DNA of 64,000 nt, taken from assembly GCA_039815185.1 (NCBI GenBank), contig JBCBZT010000038.1:1-64000 (forward strand), in the 5' to 3' direction. The notes below the pieces were generated by a model, which searched no databases, was not told the DNA's origin, and saw only the letters and a program-made list of their open reading frames with translations. Within the stretch, counting starts at the first letter, position 1; each line of letters begins with the position of its first letter. A program made the position numbers and the translations under genes. Of this stretch, positions 29,220 to 39,302 are shown piece by piece. The DNA is from Cyanobacteria bacterium P01_A01_bin.123 (GTDB lineage Bacteria > Cyanobacteriota > Cyanobacteriia > Phormidesmidales > Phormidesmidaceae).

Positions 29220-30638
29220 TCAGGCTAGATTTAAAGAAAGCTGCTTCTCTGCAGATTCTTCGAAGTCAGCCATCCAACTCACATCGTCGGTCTTGTGATA
29301 ACGCGAATAAGGGAAGTCTGGATAAATGATAGATGTTTCACCTTTTAAGTGAGTCAAAAGCATCCTCGCGATCGCCTTTCCCAAAGAACAGGGCACAGCA
29401 TTTCCGACTTGCCGATATTGCTCTAGTAAAGTTCCCTCAATTATCCAATCATCTGGAAATTCTTGGATGCGCTTATACTCTTCAATACTAAGAGGTCTAT
29501 CTTCTTCTGGATGCGCGAGATCGGTTGCAGGCATAGCTGGATGGGTTACTAACGTTGGGGAAGGTTTATCCCAAGCCAACCTCCGATAGAAACCTGTTTT
29601 TCCACCCCCTGCATGATAAGAAGCGCCAAGCGCTTCTTGATGTAGCTCTGCTGGTAAGTCCCGCCAATATTGTCCTGGTTTCAACAGCCGATAGTATTTG
29701 AGCCGTTTCTCAGGAAAATTAACAAAGTGATGCCCGTCTTTGGGAAGATCTTCTAGAACTTCTTTCAAGATTCGCCACTGTGGCAAACCGTATAATTCTC
29801 TTTCTGAGTAGGTAGGTGTTAGATACGGTAGTTTCTTCCCATCACGGCTACAAGCTATGATGACTCTTTCTCGCTTCTGTGGTGAGCCGAAATTGGCAGC
29901 ATTGTATAAGTTAAAAGAAACGCTATATCCTGCTTCTTTAAATTGTTGCATGATAAAGAGTAGCGCTCCCCCTCTTTTTTCATCATGAGAGAGTGGTGGG
30001 AAATTCTTGCCTCTCATTTCATGGGGTCTATGTTGTAATGGAGCAGATAATAGTCCTCGGACATTCTCGATTACCGCAAACTGTGGCCGGAGTTCAGTAA
30101 TTAGGTTGATGAACTTTAAAAAAACATTTCCACGCTCGTCGTTAAACCCCTGCCGCTTACCAGCACTACTAAATGCTTGGCATGGTGGGCCACCAACGAT
30201 TACATCAATCTCTTCGGTCAGACTCAATCCCGCCTGTTCTCGAATCTCTGCGGCTGAATAATTTCTGATATCTCCAATGAGTGCTATATCTGGGCGATTC
30301 GTTTCAATCGTTTTTCGGGCTGCCCGATCGATTTCGCAGGCAAGAAGAACCTTGATCCCCTGACTTTCTAGCCCCAAATCCAACCCCATACAACCAGAAA
30401 AAAAACTTAAAGCTTTTAGCTCTGGTTTACTAAAAGATCTTCGCCCATGATTAGGAACGAGTACTCTGGCATCCTCTCCCTTGCAACGGTACTCGTGGAC
30501 GGACTCTGAAGCGACAATCCATTGGCGGCTAATTCTTTCCCCGCTAATTTCACCATATCTGAGCAATTTTCGCACGTATTGCTCAGAGCAACTGAGGAGT
30601 TCAGAAGCCTCTCTAACGGATAAATACTGACTAGACAT
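29220..30638 (-). CDS. C5-cytosine DNA methyltransferase with N-terminal HTH
   Basis: FSGCMG, GGPPCQ, ENV, QKRER and VGNAV motifs; excisionase-like HTH at the N-terminus; convergent with the REase. Confidence 0.95.
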   Translation of the reverse strand: MSSQYLSVREASELLSCSEQYVRKLLRYGEISGERISRQWIVASESVHEYRCKGEDARVLVPNHGRRSFSKPELKALSFFSGCMGLDLGLESQGIKVLLACEIDRAARKTIETNRPDIALIGDIRNYSAAEIREQAGLSLTEEIDVIVGGPPCQAFSSAGKRQGFNDERGNVFLKFINLITELRPQFAVIENVRGLLSAPLQHRPHEMRGKNFPPLSHDEKRGGALLFIMQQFKEAGYSVSFNLYNAANFGSPQKRERVIIACSRDGKKLPYLTPTYSERELYGLPQWRILKEVLEDLPKDGHHFVNFPEKRLKYYRLLKPGQYWRDLPAELHQEALGASYHAGGGKTGFYRRLAWDKPSPTLVTHPAMPATDLAHPEEDRPLSIEEYKRIQEFPDDWIIEGTLLEQYRQVGNAVPCSLGKAIARMLLTHLKGETSIIYPDFPYSRYHKTDDVSWMADFEESAEKQLSLNLA

Positions 30639-30736
30639 AGTTGCGGCAACGAAACTAAAAACAGGTACCCAATATTAGATGGTGCATGAACAATTGGCAA
30701 GCTTTTCTCGAACAAATGTTCTAGTGTCGTAGTTCT

Positions 30737-30934
30737 TACGCTGAGCCAAGCGTTAAGCTCGCCCAAGCCTTGATTAATTCAGCTGGAGAGCTGTTCTGTC
30801 GTTTGAGCAACTTCTCTGAGCGTTATCCAGCCATGGATGAAAACATCAAGCGTGGGCTAGTCCGTAAATTTCCATACGGAATTTTGTGTATGGGCGCGCA
30901 AAACTTTATCGTTGCAGTAATGCCTCTAACGTAA
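30737..30934 (+). pseudogene. ParE/RelE toxin remnant
   Basis: Reads YAEPSVKLAQALINS...ERYPAMDENIKRGLVRKFPYGIL...IVAVM..*; no start codon. Confidence 0.65.
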
Positions 30935-30970
30935 AGGCTGGATTGCTAGAAGGCTTGCCTAAAACCACAA

Positions 30971-31858
30971 ATGGATACGATAATTGCGCAACCTAATTCT
31001 CTACTATTCTGGCGACGTTTTCGGCGCGATCGCTTGGCACTAGCAGGCGCTGTTGTCGTACTGTTATTGGCACTCGCGGTGCTGATTGGCCCGCTGGTTT
31101 ATAACGTTTCCACCGATCAAATTGATTTTGCTCGGGCGACTTTGCCCCCCAGTTGGGCTCATCCCTTTGGCACTAATGATTTAGGTCAAGATTTGTTGGC
31201 CCGAGTCCTCTCGGGCGGGCGAATTTCTCTGGCGGTTGGGGTCGTGTCAATGGCGATCGCGATCTCAGGGGGCGTCCTGGTGGGAGCAGTCGCCGGATTC
31301 TATGGCGGTTGGGTTGACGGCGGACTGATGCGCTTTACCGACTTGTTTCTCTCGCTGCCTCAATTACCCCTGGCGCTACTAGTCGTTTATTTGTTTGGCG
31401 ATCAAGCGCGATCGCGCTTTGGCCCAGAACTCGGCATCTTTGTACTGGTGGTGGCGGTGATTGGTGGGTTGAACTGGATGTCGGTAGCACGGCTGGTGCG
31501 GGCGGGGTTTTTGACCGTGAAACAACGAAATTTTATCCAGGCGGCGATTGCTTTAGGGGCCCGTCCTCGCACACTAATTTGGACGCACATTTTGCCCAAT
31601 GTCATCGGGCCAGTGATTGTGGCAGCGACCTTAGCCGTTGGCAATGCCATCATTGCTGAATCGACCCTGAGCTTTTTGGGATTGGGTTTCCCGCCAGATA
31701 CCCCTACCTGGGGCCGAATGCTCTACGATGCTCAAAACTATATTGAATCTGCACCCCACATGGCTGTTTTTCCAGGATTGGCTATTTTTTTGACCGTGCT
31801 GAGTATTAATACTGTGGGTGATGCGTTACGTGATGCTCTTGATCCGCAAACTCGGTAG
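30971..31858 (+). CDS. Peptide ABC transporter permease (DppC/OppC)
   Basis: HPFGTNDLGQD, HILPN, ESTLSFLGLG and GDALRDALDP motifs. Confidence 0.95.
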   Translation: MDTIIAQPNSLLFWRRFRRDRLALAGAVVVLLLALAVLIGPLVYNVSTDQIDFARATLPPSWAHPFGTNDLGQDLLARVLSGGRISLAVGVVSMAIAISGGVLVGAVAGFYGGWVDGGLMRFTDLFLSLPQLPLALLVVYLFGDQARSRFGPELGIFVLVVAVIGGLNWMSVARLVRAGFLTVKQRNFIQAAIALGARPRTLIWTHILPNVIGPVIVAATLAVGNAIIAESTLSFLGLGFPPDTPTWGRMLYDAQNYIESAPHMAVFPGLAIFLTVLSINTVGDALRDALDPQTR

Positions 31859-32128
31859 GGCCGCAGACCTGTTAAGCGCAAACAGGTGTAATCTTTTGAG
31901 ACATCAGTAATTTTGCCCATTGGAACGGGACAACCCCGTGATATAAATGTAAAGGTTTATTGCAGACTCTCACCTTAGGGACTGCGGTGCATGTGGCCCT
32001 GGGTTTGAGTTCCGTGGCTTCTATTAAAAGCTTGCATCGATGTTGGGTAAGCGAAAGCGTCGAATGGTCGTGTAGCTTGCGTGTCCCTAAGTGTGGCTGT
32101 GTCCACTTATTAGAGACGACTCATCTTC

Positions 32129-33178
32129 ATGACAGCTACTCTTTCGAAGATAACTGCTACAGCTACGCATCCTGCCTTTGATCCAAGCCTCAAGCTGCGG
32201 GACATTATTAAAACCATCCCAGCCGAGTGTTTCCAAAAAAATCCTCGCAAAGCTTGGACTCGGTTAGTTCTAAGCATTATCGCTGTGGTGTTAGGTTACG
32301 TTGCGATCGCGCTTTCACCCTGGTTTCTCTTGCCGTTTGCCTGGATTTTTACAGGCACTGCCCTGACGGGCTTTTTTGTGATTGCCCATGATTGTGGCCA
32401 TCGGTCTTTTGCTAAGCGCCGCTGGGTCAATGATCTAGTGGGTCACATCTTCATGCTGCCGTTGATTTATCCCTTCCACGGTTGGCGGTTGCTCCACGAC
32501 CACCATCATGTCCACACCAACAAGATGGATGTGGATAATGCTTGGCATCCCTGGCGGCCCGAGAGCTATTTAGATGCCCCTGCTTGGCTGCAGGCGACCT
32601 ATCAGGTACTGCGCGGACGGCTCTGGTGGCTGGCTTCTATTGCCCATTGGGCAACGCTGCATTTTGATCCCAACAATGAGAATGTAGCTGCCCGCGATCG
32701 CAATAAAGTTCGATTTTCGGCCTGGGTGGTGATTGGGTTCGCTACGATCGCTTTTCCAACCCTCTTTTTCACTGTGGGTCTTTGGGGTGTGGTGAAGTTT
32801 TGGCTACTGCCCTGGCTGGGCTACCATTTTTGGATGAGCACGTTCACGCTGGTGCACCACACGACGCTGGATGTACAGTTTCATCCTCAGGAAACCTGGA
32901 ATTCTGCTGAGGCTCAACTGGCAGGCACTGTTCACTGTGACTATCCCCGCTGGGTTGAGTTTTTGTGCCATGACATCAATGTGCATGTGCCCCATCATTT
33001 GTCGGTGGCGATCCCGTCTTACAATCTCCGACTGGCCCACAAGAGCTTGCAGCAAAATTGGGGACGCTATCTCAAAGAAGAAACTTTCTCTTGGGCATTG
33101 ATGGATGAGATTACCCGTGAGTGTCACATTTATCATCCGCAGGAAGCCTATCAGCCGTTTAAGGCCTTGAAGCGCTAA
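32129..33178 (+). CDS. desA: Delta-12 acyl-lipid desaturase
   Basis: His boxes HDCGH, HDHHH and [16 protein letters not shown]. Confidence 0.92.
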   Translation: MTATLSKITATATHPAFDPSLKLRDIIKTIPAECFQKNPRKAWTRLVLSIIAVVLGYVAIALSPWFLLPFAWIFTGTALTGFFVIAHDCGHRSFAKRRWVNDLVGHIFMLPLIYPFHGWRLLHDHHHVHTNKMDVDNAWHPWRPESYLDAPAWLQATYQVLRGRLWWLASIAHWATLHFDPNNENVAARDRNKVRFSAWVVIGFATIAFPTLFFTVGLWGVVKFWLLPWLGYHFWMSTFTLVHHTTLDVQFHPQETWNSAEAQLAGTVHCDYPRWVEFLCHDINVHVPHHLSVAIPSYNLRLAHKSLQQNWGRYLKEETFSWALMDEITRECHIYHPQEAYQPFKALKR

Positions 33179-33210
33179 GTCACTTTGAATAGTTGCATAG
33201 GATTACTGGT

Positions 33211-33242
33211 AAAGCGACGTTGCATTGGCAACGTCGCTTTTT
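33211..33242 (+). terminator. Rho-independent terminator after desA
   Basis: AAAGCGACGTTGC-attg-GCAACGTCGCTTT followed by a T run. Confidence 0.75.
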
Positions 33243-33622
33243 AATGGTACGTGTTCTGCTTTTAAGCTCGTTGGGGACAATCCCATTGCGACCCTTGATG
33301 GCCCAGTCTATCGTAGCGACTCAGGGCCTTCAGAACTGGATGCCCTGGTTGCAGATTCACGGGCGGGCATTGGCATAGTCGGCGGCAAGCGATGTTACTG
33401 ACGATGGAGAATCATCCGGAACCGCTAAACTGGGCGGCTTTTACGTTAGTGGGGGCGGCAAAATAGCTGTAAACTCTATCGTCTGTGCATCATTCATTGA
33501 GTAATCAGAAACAACTTATCGAAGACTCAGAAACCTGTCAGCAACGCTTCAGGAAAGAAAGCGATTCTAAAAACAATTGAGCAATGCGTTAGGCGCACGA
33601 CTTGATTTACAGGAGGTTCTTC

Positions 33623-33796
33623 ATGAAACGCTTTTTACTTTCTAGCGCAGCGATTCTAATCGCAACGGCAACTATTGCACCCGTGGCCGTTGCTGGCCAA
33701 ACAGATTTCCATGATTTGAAAGCCGATTTGAATGGTGATGGTGAAGTCTCGCTAACTGAGCTCAGAAGATTTAACAGAAGCGCACGTCGAAGCTAA
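33623..33796 (+). CDS. Small secreted EF-hand protein
   Basis: AGGAGG RBS, signal peptide, DLNGDGEVSLTE loop. Confidence 0.75.
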   Translation: MKRFLLSSAAILIATATIAPVAVAGQTDFHDLKADLNGDGEVSLTELRRFNRSARRS

Positions 33797-33868
33797 TTTG
33801 TAGCGCTGGCCAGATTGCTTAATGCACCGGGTATCGCCAGGATGCCGAGTCCACAAGCAATCTGGTTC

Positions 33869-33908
33869 GCGGTAGCGCACAAAGCTTTGTGACTACCGCT
33901 ATACAAGC
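33869..33908. repeat. GTAG..CTAC palindromic repeat (GTAGCGCACAAAGCTTTGTG.CTAC)
   Basis: Second copy at ~59593-59633. Confidence 0.8.
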
Positions 33909-33980
33909 GGTCGAACTTAAGCTGACAGCAGCAATTATCCAACGTACTTGTAAAACTAAAACTATTCATTCGGAAGGACT

Positions 33981-34595
33981 ATGTACCTGTCATCTAAATT
34001 TTCATCAACATTAGCTGCCGCCTTCGGTTTGTTCCTGATAGTGGGCTGTGCCCCCTCTACCCCAGATGCTTCGCCAGATGCTTTGGTAGATGAGCCCACT
34101 CTCCAAACGACAACGGTCGATACGGATGATATTGAGACTTCCGCTCCCACTGAGGCTTCCGCTCCCACTGCTGAATCTACTTCCCCGCCGACAGAAGTCT
34201 CCTCCAGTGCAACTGAACCGGCTGCCGTCTTTGTGGAAAACGGCATCGCGATTCGTGGGGCAGACCCAGTAGCCTACTTTACTGCAGGCAACTATGTTGC
34301 GGGTAGTCCTGAGTACACCTATGAGTGGGGCGATGCCATCTGGCAATTTGCCAGTGCCGAAAATCGCGATTTATTTGCCAGTAATGCTGAGCAGTATGCG
34401 CCCCAGTATGGCGGTTTCTGTGCTTGGGCCGTGAGCCAAGGATATACTGCTGCCGTTGATCCCACTGCTTGGGCAATTGTGGACGGCAAGCTCTACCTAA
34501 ATTTTGATGCTCGTGTCCAAAGCCGTTGGCAACGAGATATTCCCGGCAATATTGCTAAAGCCAATCAGAATTGGCCGGGAGTGCTCAGTAATTAG
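33981..34595 (+). CDS. YHS-domain lipoprotein
   Basis: Lipobox; G.DPVAYF, YAPQYGGFCAWAVS and IVDGKLYLN motifs. Confidence 0.88.
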   Translation: MYLSSKFSSTLAAAFGLFLIVGCAPSTPDASPDALVDEPTLQTTTVDTDDIETSAPTEASAPTAESTSPPTEVSSSATEPAAVFVENGIAIRGADPVAYFTAGNYVAGSPEYTYEWGDAIWQFASAENRDLFASNAEQYAPQYGGFCAWAVSQGYTAAVDPTAWAIVDGKLYLNFDARVQSRWQRDIPGNIAKANQNWPGVLSN

Positions 34596-34758
34596 TGCAC
34601 GTGATGCACAACCCAGCTTTGATCGCAAAAAACAAGACGATAAAATCCAAAACGATCAAAGCTATGGGTAGGCTCAGCCTCTAAAGATTGCATAAGTTAT
34701 CCTGACGGTGAGATAAGAAGTAGGCAAAGGATAATGCGCAGTCTCATAAGGTAAGGCA

Positions 34759-37506
34759 GTGATAAACGGATCTCGGTGGCGATCGCGTTTAATAGCCGTA
34801 ACGTTGGCAGTGGCGACATGGCTGTTGGTTACGGTGTCAGCCCAATCAACCCCTCCCTTCCATCAGGGAAGTCATTCTCTACCGCAGGCGGCTTTCAGCC
34901 ATAATACCCGCCAAACTAAGCAGCAAGATTCAGGTAGTACGGTCTTACTTGAGGTTGAGGGCACTCTAGAAGCGGGCGATCTAACGCTTGAGAATGGCAG
35001 TCTCTATGACATCCATTCTTTTGAAGGAGAAGCCGGGCAAACCGTCACCATTCGGATGATCAGTGATGAGTTTGACACGTTTATCGGGTTGGTAGATTCC
35101 GCGAGGCAACCCATTGATGAAAACAACGATACAACCGCCTCAGAGACGAACTCAACCCTGACGGTGTCGCTGCCTGAAGCAGGAACATATTTCATTATCG
35201 CCATCGCCTTTGATAACGCTGGACAAGGAAACTATCGATTAACCGTCTCAACGGCCAACCCCGCTGAAATTCAGGCACTAGAAGCGGATCGCCTCTTGAG
35301 TCAAGGCAATCAACACTATCGAGCTGGCCAGTTCCGAGCTGCGGTTGAATCTTGGCAGCAAGCGTTAGCGATTTATCAGACCCTTGGCGAAGCCTATGGC
35401 ACGAGCAAAGCTCTACGCGGTGGGGAAGCGATCACGCTAGACAATTTGGGTCTTGCTTATTTTTCCCTAGGGCAATATCAGCAGGCGATTGAGTTCCATC
35501 AGCAAGCGTTAGAGATTGCTCGCGAAATCGAGAATCCTCGACTGGAATCCATCACACTGGGCAACTTGGGACGGACTTACTTTTTTCTGGGGCAATATCA
35601 GCAGTCGCTGGAATTGCATCAGCAAGCGTTGGCGATTGTTCGCGAAATCGGCGACCTTGAAGGGGAAGCTGGCCTGCTAGGCAACTTGGGTAATGTCTAT
35701 GATTATCTCGGCCAATATCAGCAGGCGATCGAGTTGCGTCAGCAAGCGTTAGTCCTTCAACGTGAACTCAGAAATCGCCGAGGAGAAGCCAATTCTCTGG
35801 GCAACTTGGGTACGGCTTACTATTCCTTGGGCCAATATCAGCGGGCGATTGAGTTCCATCAGCAAGCGTTAGAGATTGCTCGCGAAATCGGCGATCGCGG
35901 CGGGGAAGCCATTACCCTGGGTAACTTGGGCAATGCTTATGATTCCCTCGGCCAACATCAGCAGGCGATTGAGTTTCATCAGCAATCTTTGGCCATTAAA
36001 CGGGAATTTGGTAATCGTCAGGGTGAGGCCATCTCTCTCAATAACCTAAGCGTATCGTTGATCAAAACCAATCAATTTTCTGAAGCTGAAATCACCCTGA
36101 AACAAGCGATTGAGACCTACGAATCACTGCGTACTGACTTAAGCGATGCTCAACTCATTTCGATTGCTGATACCCAAGCAGCCGCCTACACCCTGCTAGA
36201 GCAGGTATTAATCACTCAAGGTAAACCAGCCGAAGCCCTAGAAACCAGCGAACGGGCCCGCGCCCGCGCCTTCGTGCTGCAACTGGCGAGTCGTCTTTCA
36301 AACCGGGAAGAATCCGCTACCTTAGCTGAACCCGAGGCCACCCCGCCTCCCACGATTGCCGACATTCAGCAAATCGCCCGCGACCAAAACGCCACACTGG
36401 TCACCTATTCTCTGATTTTTGATCAAGCCCTTTATATCTGGGTCGTGCAACCGTCCGGCGAGATTGAGTTTCGCTTGGTTGAACTTGACGGGTCTGGCAG
36501 TCTCCCGAACCCGGTCGCCGCCATTGATGGCCCAGTCTATCGGGGCAGTTCAGACCCGTCAGAACTCGACACCCTGGTTGCCGAAACGCGGGCCGGTATT
36601 GGTGTGGTTGAAGCAATCCCGACTGAACGGCTCAAAGACCTGCATCAAGTCTTGATTGAGCCGATCGCCGATTTACTACCCAGCGATCCTGACGTTAACG
36701 TCGTTTTCGTGCCCCAAGGCAGCCTCTTTTTGGTGCCGTTTGCGGCCCTGCAAGATGCCGACGACACCTACCTGATCGAAAAACATACGGTATTGACTGC
36801 GCCATCCATCCAGGTTTTTGGATTGGCAGCAAGGGAGGAAGCCCAGGGGAGAAGTTCCGAATTTTCTGATGGGCTCGTCGTGGGTAATCCAGTCATGCCT
36901 CAGGCTTGGATTCCGGGTGATAACGGGTTAGAAGAACTCCAACTCGCCCCCCTACCTGGCGCCGAAGCCGAAGCCTTGGCGATTGGTGACTTCCTCAACA
37001 TTTCGCCGTTGATTGGCGCGCAAGCCACCGAAGCACAGATCAAACAGCAACTCCCGAGTGCTCCACTGATTCACCTGGCCACCCACGGTCTGCTTGAATA
37101 TGGCAACCCCCAATCCTCGGGTGTGCTTGACGTACCCGGTGCCCTGGCCCTCACCTCCGGAGACGGCGAAGATGGGTTGCTCACTGCTGCTGAAATCCTT
37201 GACATGGATTTGCAAGCTCAGCTCGCCGTCCTCAGTGCTTGCGATACGGGGCGGGGGCGGATTACGGGAGATGGTGTGGTAGGACTGTCGCGATCGCTGA
37301 TCACCGCTGGCGTGCCCAGCGTAATCGTATCGCTGTGGGCCGTACCCGATGCACCGACAGCCGCGTTGATGACGGCGTTTTATCGTCAGCTTCAGCAGGG
37401 GCAGAGTAAGGCTCAGGCTTTGCGGCAGGCAATGTTAGCGACTTTGAAGGATTCGCCGGAACCCATCAATTGGGCTGCGTTTACGTTAATGGGTGCGGTG
37501 GAGTAG
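34759..37506 (+). CDS. PPC + TPR + CHAT (caspase-like) domain protein
   Basis: 40-aa TPR repeats; CHAT motifs IHLATHG, VLSACDTG and SLWAV. Confidence 0.92.
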   Translation: MINGSRWRSRLIAVTLAVATWLLVTVSAQSTPPFHQGSHSLPQAAFSHNTRQTKQQDSGSTVLLEVEGTLEAGDLTLENGSLYDIHSFEGEAGQTVTIRMISDEFDTFIGLVDSARQPIDENNDTTASETNSTLTVSLPEAGTYFIIAIAFDNAGQGNYRLTVSTANPAEIQALEADRLLSQGNQHYRAGQFRAAVESWQQALAIYQTLGEAYGTSKALRGGEAITLDNLGLAYFSLGQYQQAIEFHQQALEIAREIENPRLESITLGNLGRTYFFLGQYQQSLELHQQALAIVREIGDLEGEAGLLGNLGNVYDYLGQYQQAIELRQQALVLQRELRNRRGEANSLGNLGTAYYSLGQYQRAIEFHQQALEIAREIGDRGGEAITLGNLGNAYDSLGQHQQAIEFHQQSLAIKREFGNRQGEAISLNNLSVSLIKTNQFSEAEITLKQAIETYESLRTDLSDAQLISIADTQAAAYTLLEQVLITQGKPAEALETSERARARAFVLQLASRLSNREESATLAEPEATPPPTIADIQQIARDQNATLVTYSLIFDQALYIWVVQPSGEIEFRLVELDGSGSLPNPVAAIDGPVYRGSSDPSELDTLVAETRAGIGVVEAIPTERLKDLHQVLIEPIADLLPSDPDVNVVFVPQGSLFLVPFAALQDADDTYLIEKHTVLTAPSIQVFGLAAREEAQGRSSEFSDGLVVGNPVMPQAWIPGDNGLEELQLAPLPGAEAEALAIGDFLNISPLIGAQATEAQIKQQLPSAPLIHLATHGLLEYGNPQSSGVLDVPGALALTSGDGEDGLLTAAEILDMDLQAQLAVLSACDTGRGRITGDGVVGLSRSLITAGVPSVIVSLWAVPDAPTAALMTAFYRQLQQGQSKAQALRQAMLATLKDSPEPINWAAFTLMGAVE

Positions 37507-37558
37507 TCCGCTTAGCTAACATATTTTGAGCTCCCTCAAGGGGGATAGGCTCTAAGGC

Positions 37559-38056
37559 TCACTGGTTTGCTTGCCAGAACTGCTGATGAACAGCAGCAAT
37601 TTCTGACTCGACTTCGGTGATGGGGCCCCAGACCGCGATCGCTTTTTGTCCCCGTTTGAACACCTCTCGACAGGGCAGATCTAGGGTGGGGTTTTCAGGG
37701 TGGTTGCCCGTTAGCGCCAGCAGTCGCGCTTCTGAAAGACCATAGGCTAACCGTCCGATGTTGCCCCAATACTGAGTCGCGGCACACATGGCACAGGGTT
37801 CAACTGTGGTGTAAAGCGTGCAGTTCCACAGGTAGTCTGGGCTAAAGTTGGTCACGGCGGTGCGCACCAGTACCGACTCAGCGTGGTTGACCGTATCCAC
37901 ATTGCCTTGACTCAACAACACTGTTTCATGATCGGGGGCAACGAGAATCGCCCCGAACGGATGGTGCCCAAAAGACTCCGCCCGCTTCGCAATCCGGTTG
38001 GCCTGCCGCAGGTGATGCACAACTTGGGACGAGGTGGGATCGGGGTTTGAAAACAT
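37559..38056 (-). CDS. Nucleoside/nucleobase deaminase (CDA fold)
   Basis: PFGA, HAE and EPCAMC zinc motifs. Confidence 0.9.
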   Translation of the reverse strand: MFSNPDPTSSQVVHHLRQANRIAKRAESFGHHPFGAILVAPDHETVLLSQGNVDTVNHAESVLVRTAVTNFSPDYLWNCTLYTTVEPCAMCAATQYWGNIGRLAYGLSEARLLALTGNHPENPTLDLPCREVFKRGQKAIAVWGPITEVESEIAAVHQQFWQANQ

Positions 38057-38219
38057 ATCTGGGTGTGGCAATTGACTATTGAGTTTAGTCACAGCAATGG
38101 ATAGATGGATTGGCTGGTCTCTCAAGGGGTTCAGTAAATTTAATCACTGAATTGGGGAACAGACTTCATCTACCGTAATGAATATGATAGAAAGCTTAAA
38201 TTTTAAGGCTCATTGACCT

Positions 38220-39302
38220 ATGGCGAACCCCTTCACCCGACGCCGATTTTTGGGATACATGACAGCTTCTGCTGTCGGGAGTCTCTTCTTAAAGGCGTGT
38301 ACGTCTAGCCCCACTCAAGATACCGCAACTGATTCTGACGCTGAGGATGCCACCGCCACCGACAGCACGGCAGCACCAGAGACTAGCATTGCCATTGTGC
38401 TCCCCGGCACGATCACCGATGGCGGTTGGAATCAGCTGGGCTACGAGGGCGTTAAGCGAGCGGGTGAGCAACTGGGGATTGAAGTGGCCTACGTGGAACA
38501 GGTGGCCAACGCCGACCAAACCGAGTCTCTGGCTGACTTTGCTCGTCAAGGCTACTCCTTAGTGGTGGGTCACGGGGGGCAGTTTGATGCGGCCATCGAG
38601 CAAGTCGCGGCTGAGTTTCCAGATACCTTCTTTTTGGGTGTGAATGGCGACATCGCAGGCCCCAACTACGCCTGTGTCCGCACCAACTATAACCAGATGC
38701 TCTACCTGAGCGGCATGATGGGGGCATCCATGAGCCAAACAAAGAAGCTAGCCTATCTTGCGGGGATGGAATTTAAGTCAACCCAGCAGCAAGGGGTGGC
38801 GATGGATTTGGGGGCAAAGGCTATAGATCCGAGTGCTGAGGTTGTATCGAGTTTTGTGGGTGACTTCAACGATATTGCCAAGGCAAAAGAGTCAGCGTTA
38901 GCGTTAATTGCCAGCGGGGTTGATGTCATTTTCCATAATCTAGATAATTCTGCGCCAGCAGTGCTGCAAGCCTGCCAAGAGGCGGGTATCTATGCCTTTG
39001 GCAACAATGTTGACCAGATGGAACTGGCTCCTGAAGCGGTTTTGACCAGCGCACTGCAAGACATTGGTGGTGCGATTACGATGGTGGCTGAACTGGCCGG
39101 CAAGGGTGAGATTGAAGGCAAGCGCTACGTAATTGGCCTAGAAACGCCAGAACTGGTCAGCTTTGGCACATTCAACGAAGTAGTACCGCAAGAGCTGCGA
39201 GACCAAGTCGATGCCGTGGCCGCAGATATGGTAGCAGGCAAGCTCACTTTTGAGGATGTTGAGGAAGATGGGAAGGCTTCCGTACGCCTTGTGAGTTCAT
39301 GA
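38220..39302 (+). CDS. BMP-family ABC substrate-binding lipoprotein (Tat signal)
   Basis: TRRRFL; DGGWNQ and G.F.D...AKE motifs. Confidence 0.9.
   Translation: MANPFTRRRFLGYMTASAVGSLFLKACTSSPTQDTATDSDAEDATATDSTAAPETSIAIVLPGTITDGGWNQLGYEGVKRAGEQLGIEVAYVEQVANADQTESLADFARQGYSLVVGHGGQFDAAIEQVAAEFPDTFFLGVNGDIAGPNYACVRTNYNQMLYLSGMMGASMSQTKKLAYLAGMEFKSTQQQGVAMDLGAKAIDPSAEVVSSFVGDFNDIAKAKESALALIASGVDVIFHNLDNSAPAVLQACQEAGIYAFGNNVDQMELAPEAVLTSALQDIGGAITMVAELAGKGEIEGKRYVIGLETPELVSFGTFNEVVPQELRDQVDAVAADMVAGKLTFEDVEEDGKASVRLVSS

Noticed and set aside
35430..36050. Regularly spaced near-identical DNA repeats (CRISPR-like)
   Set aside because: These are 120-bp coding TPR repeats inside the CHAT protein.
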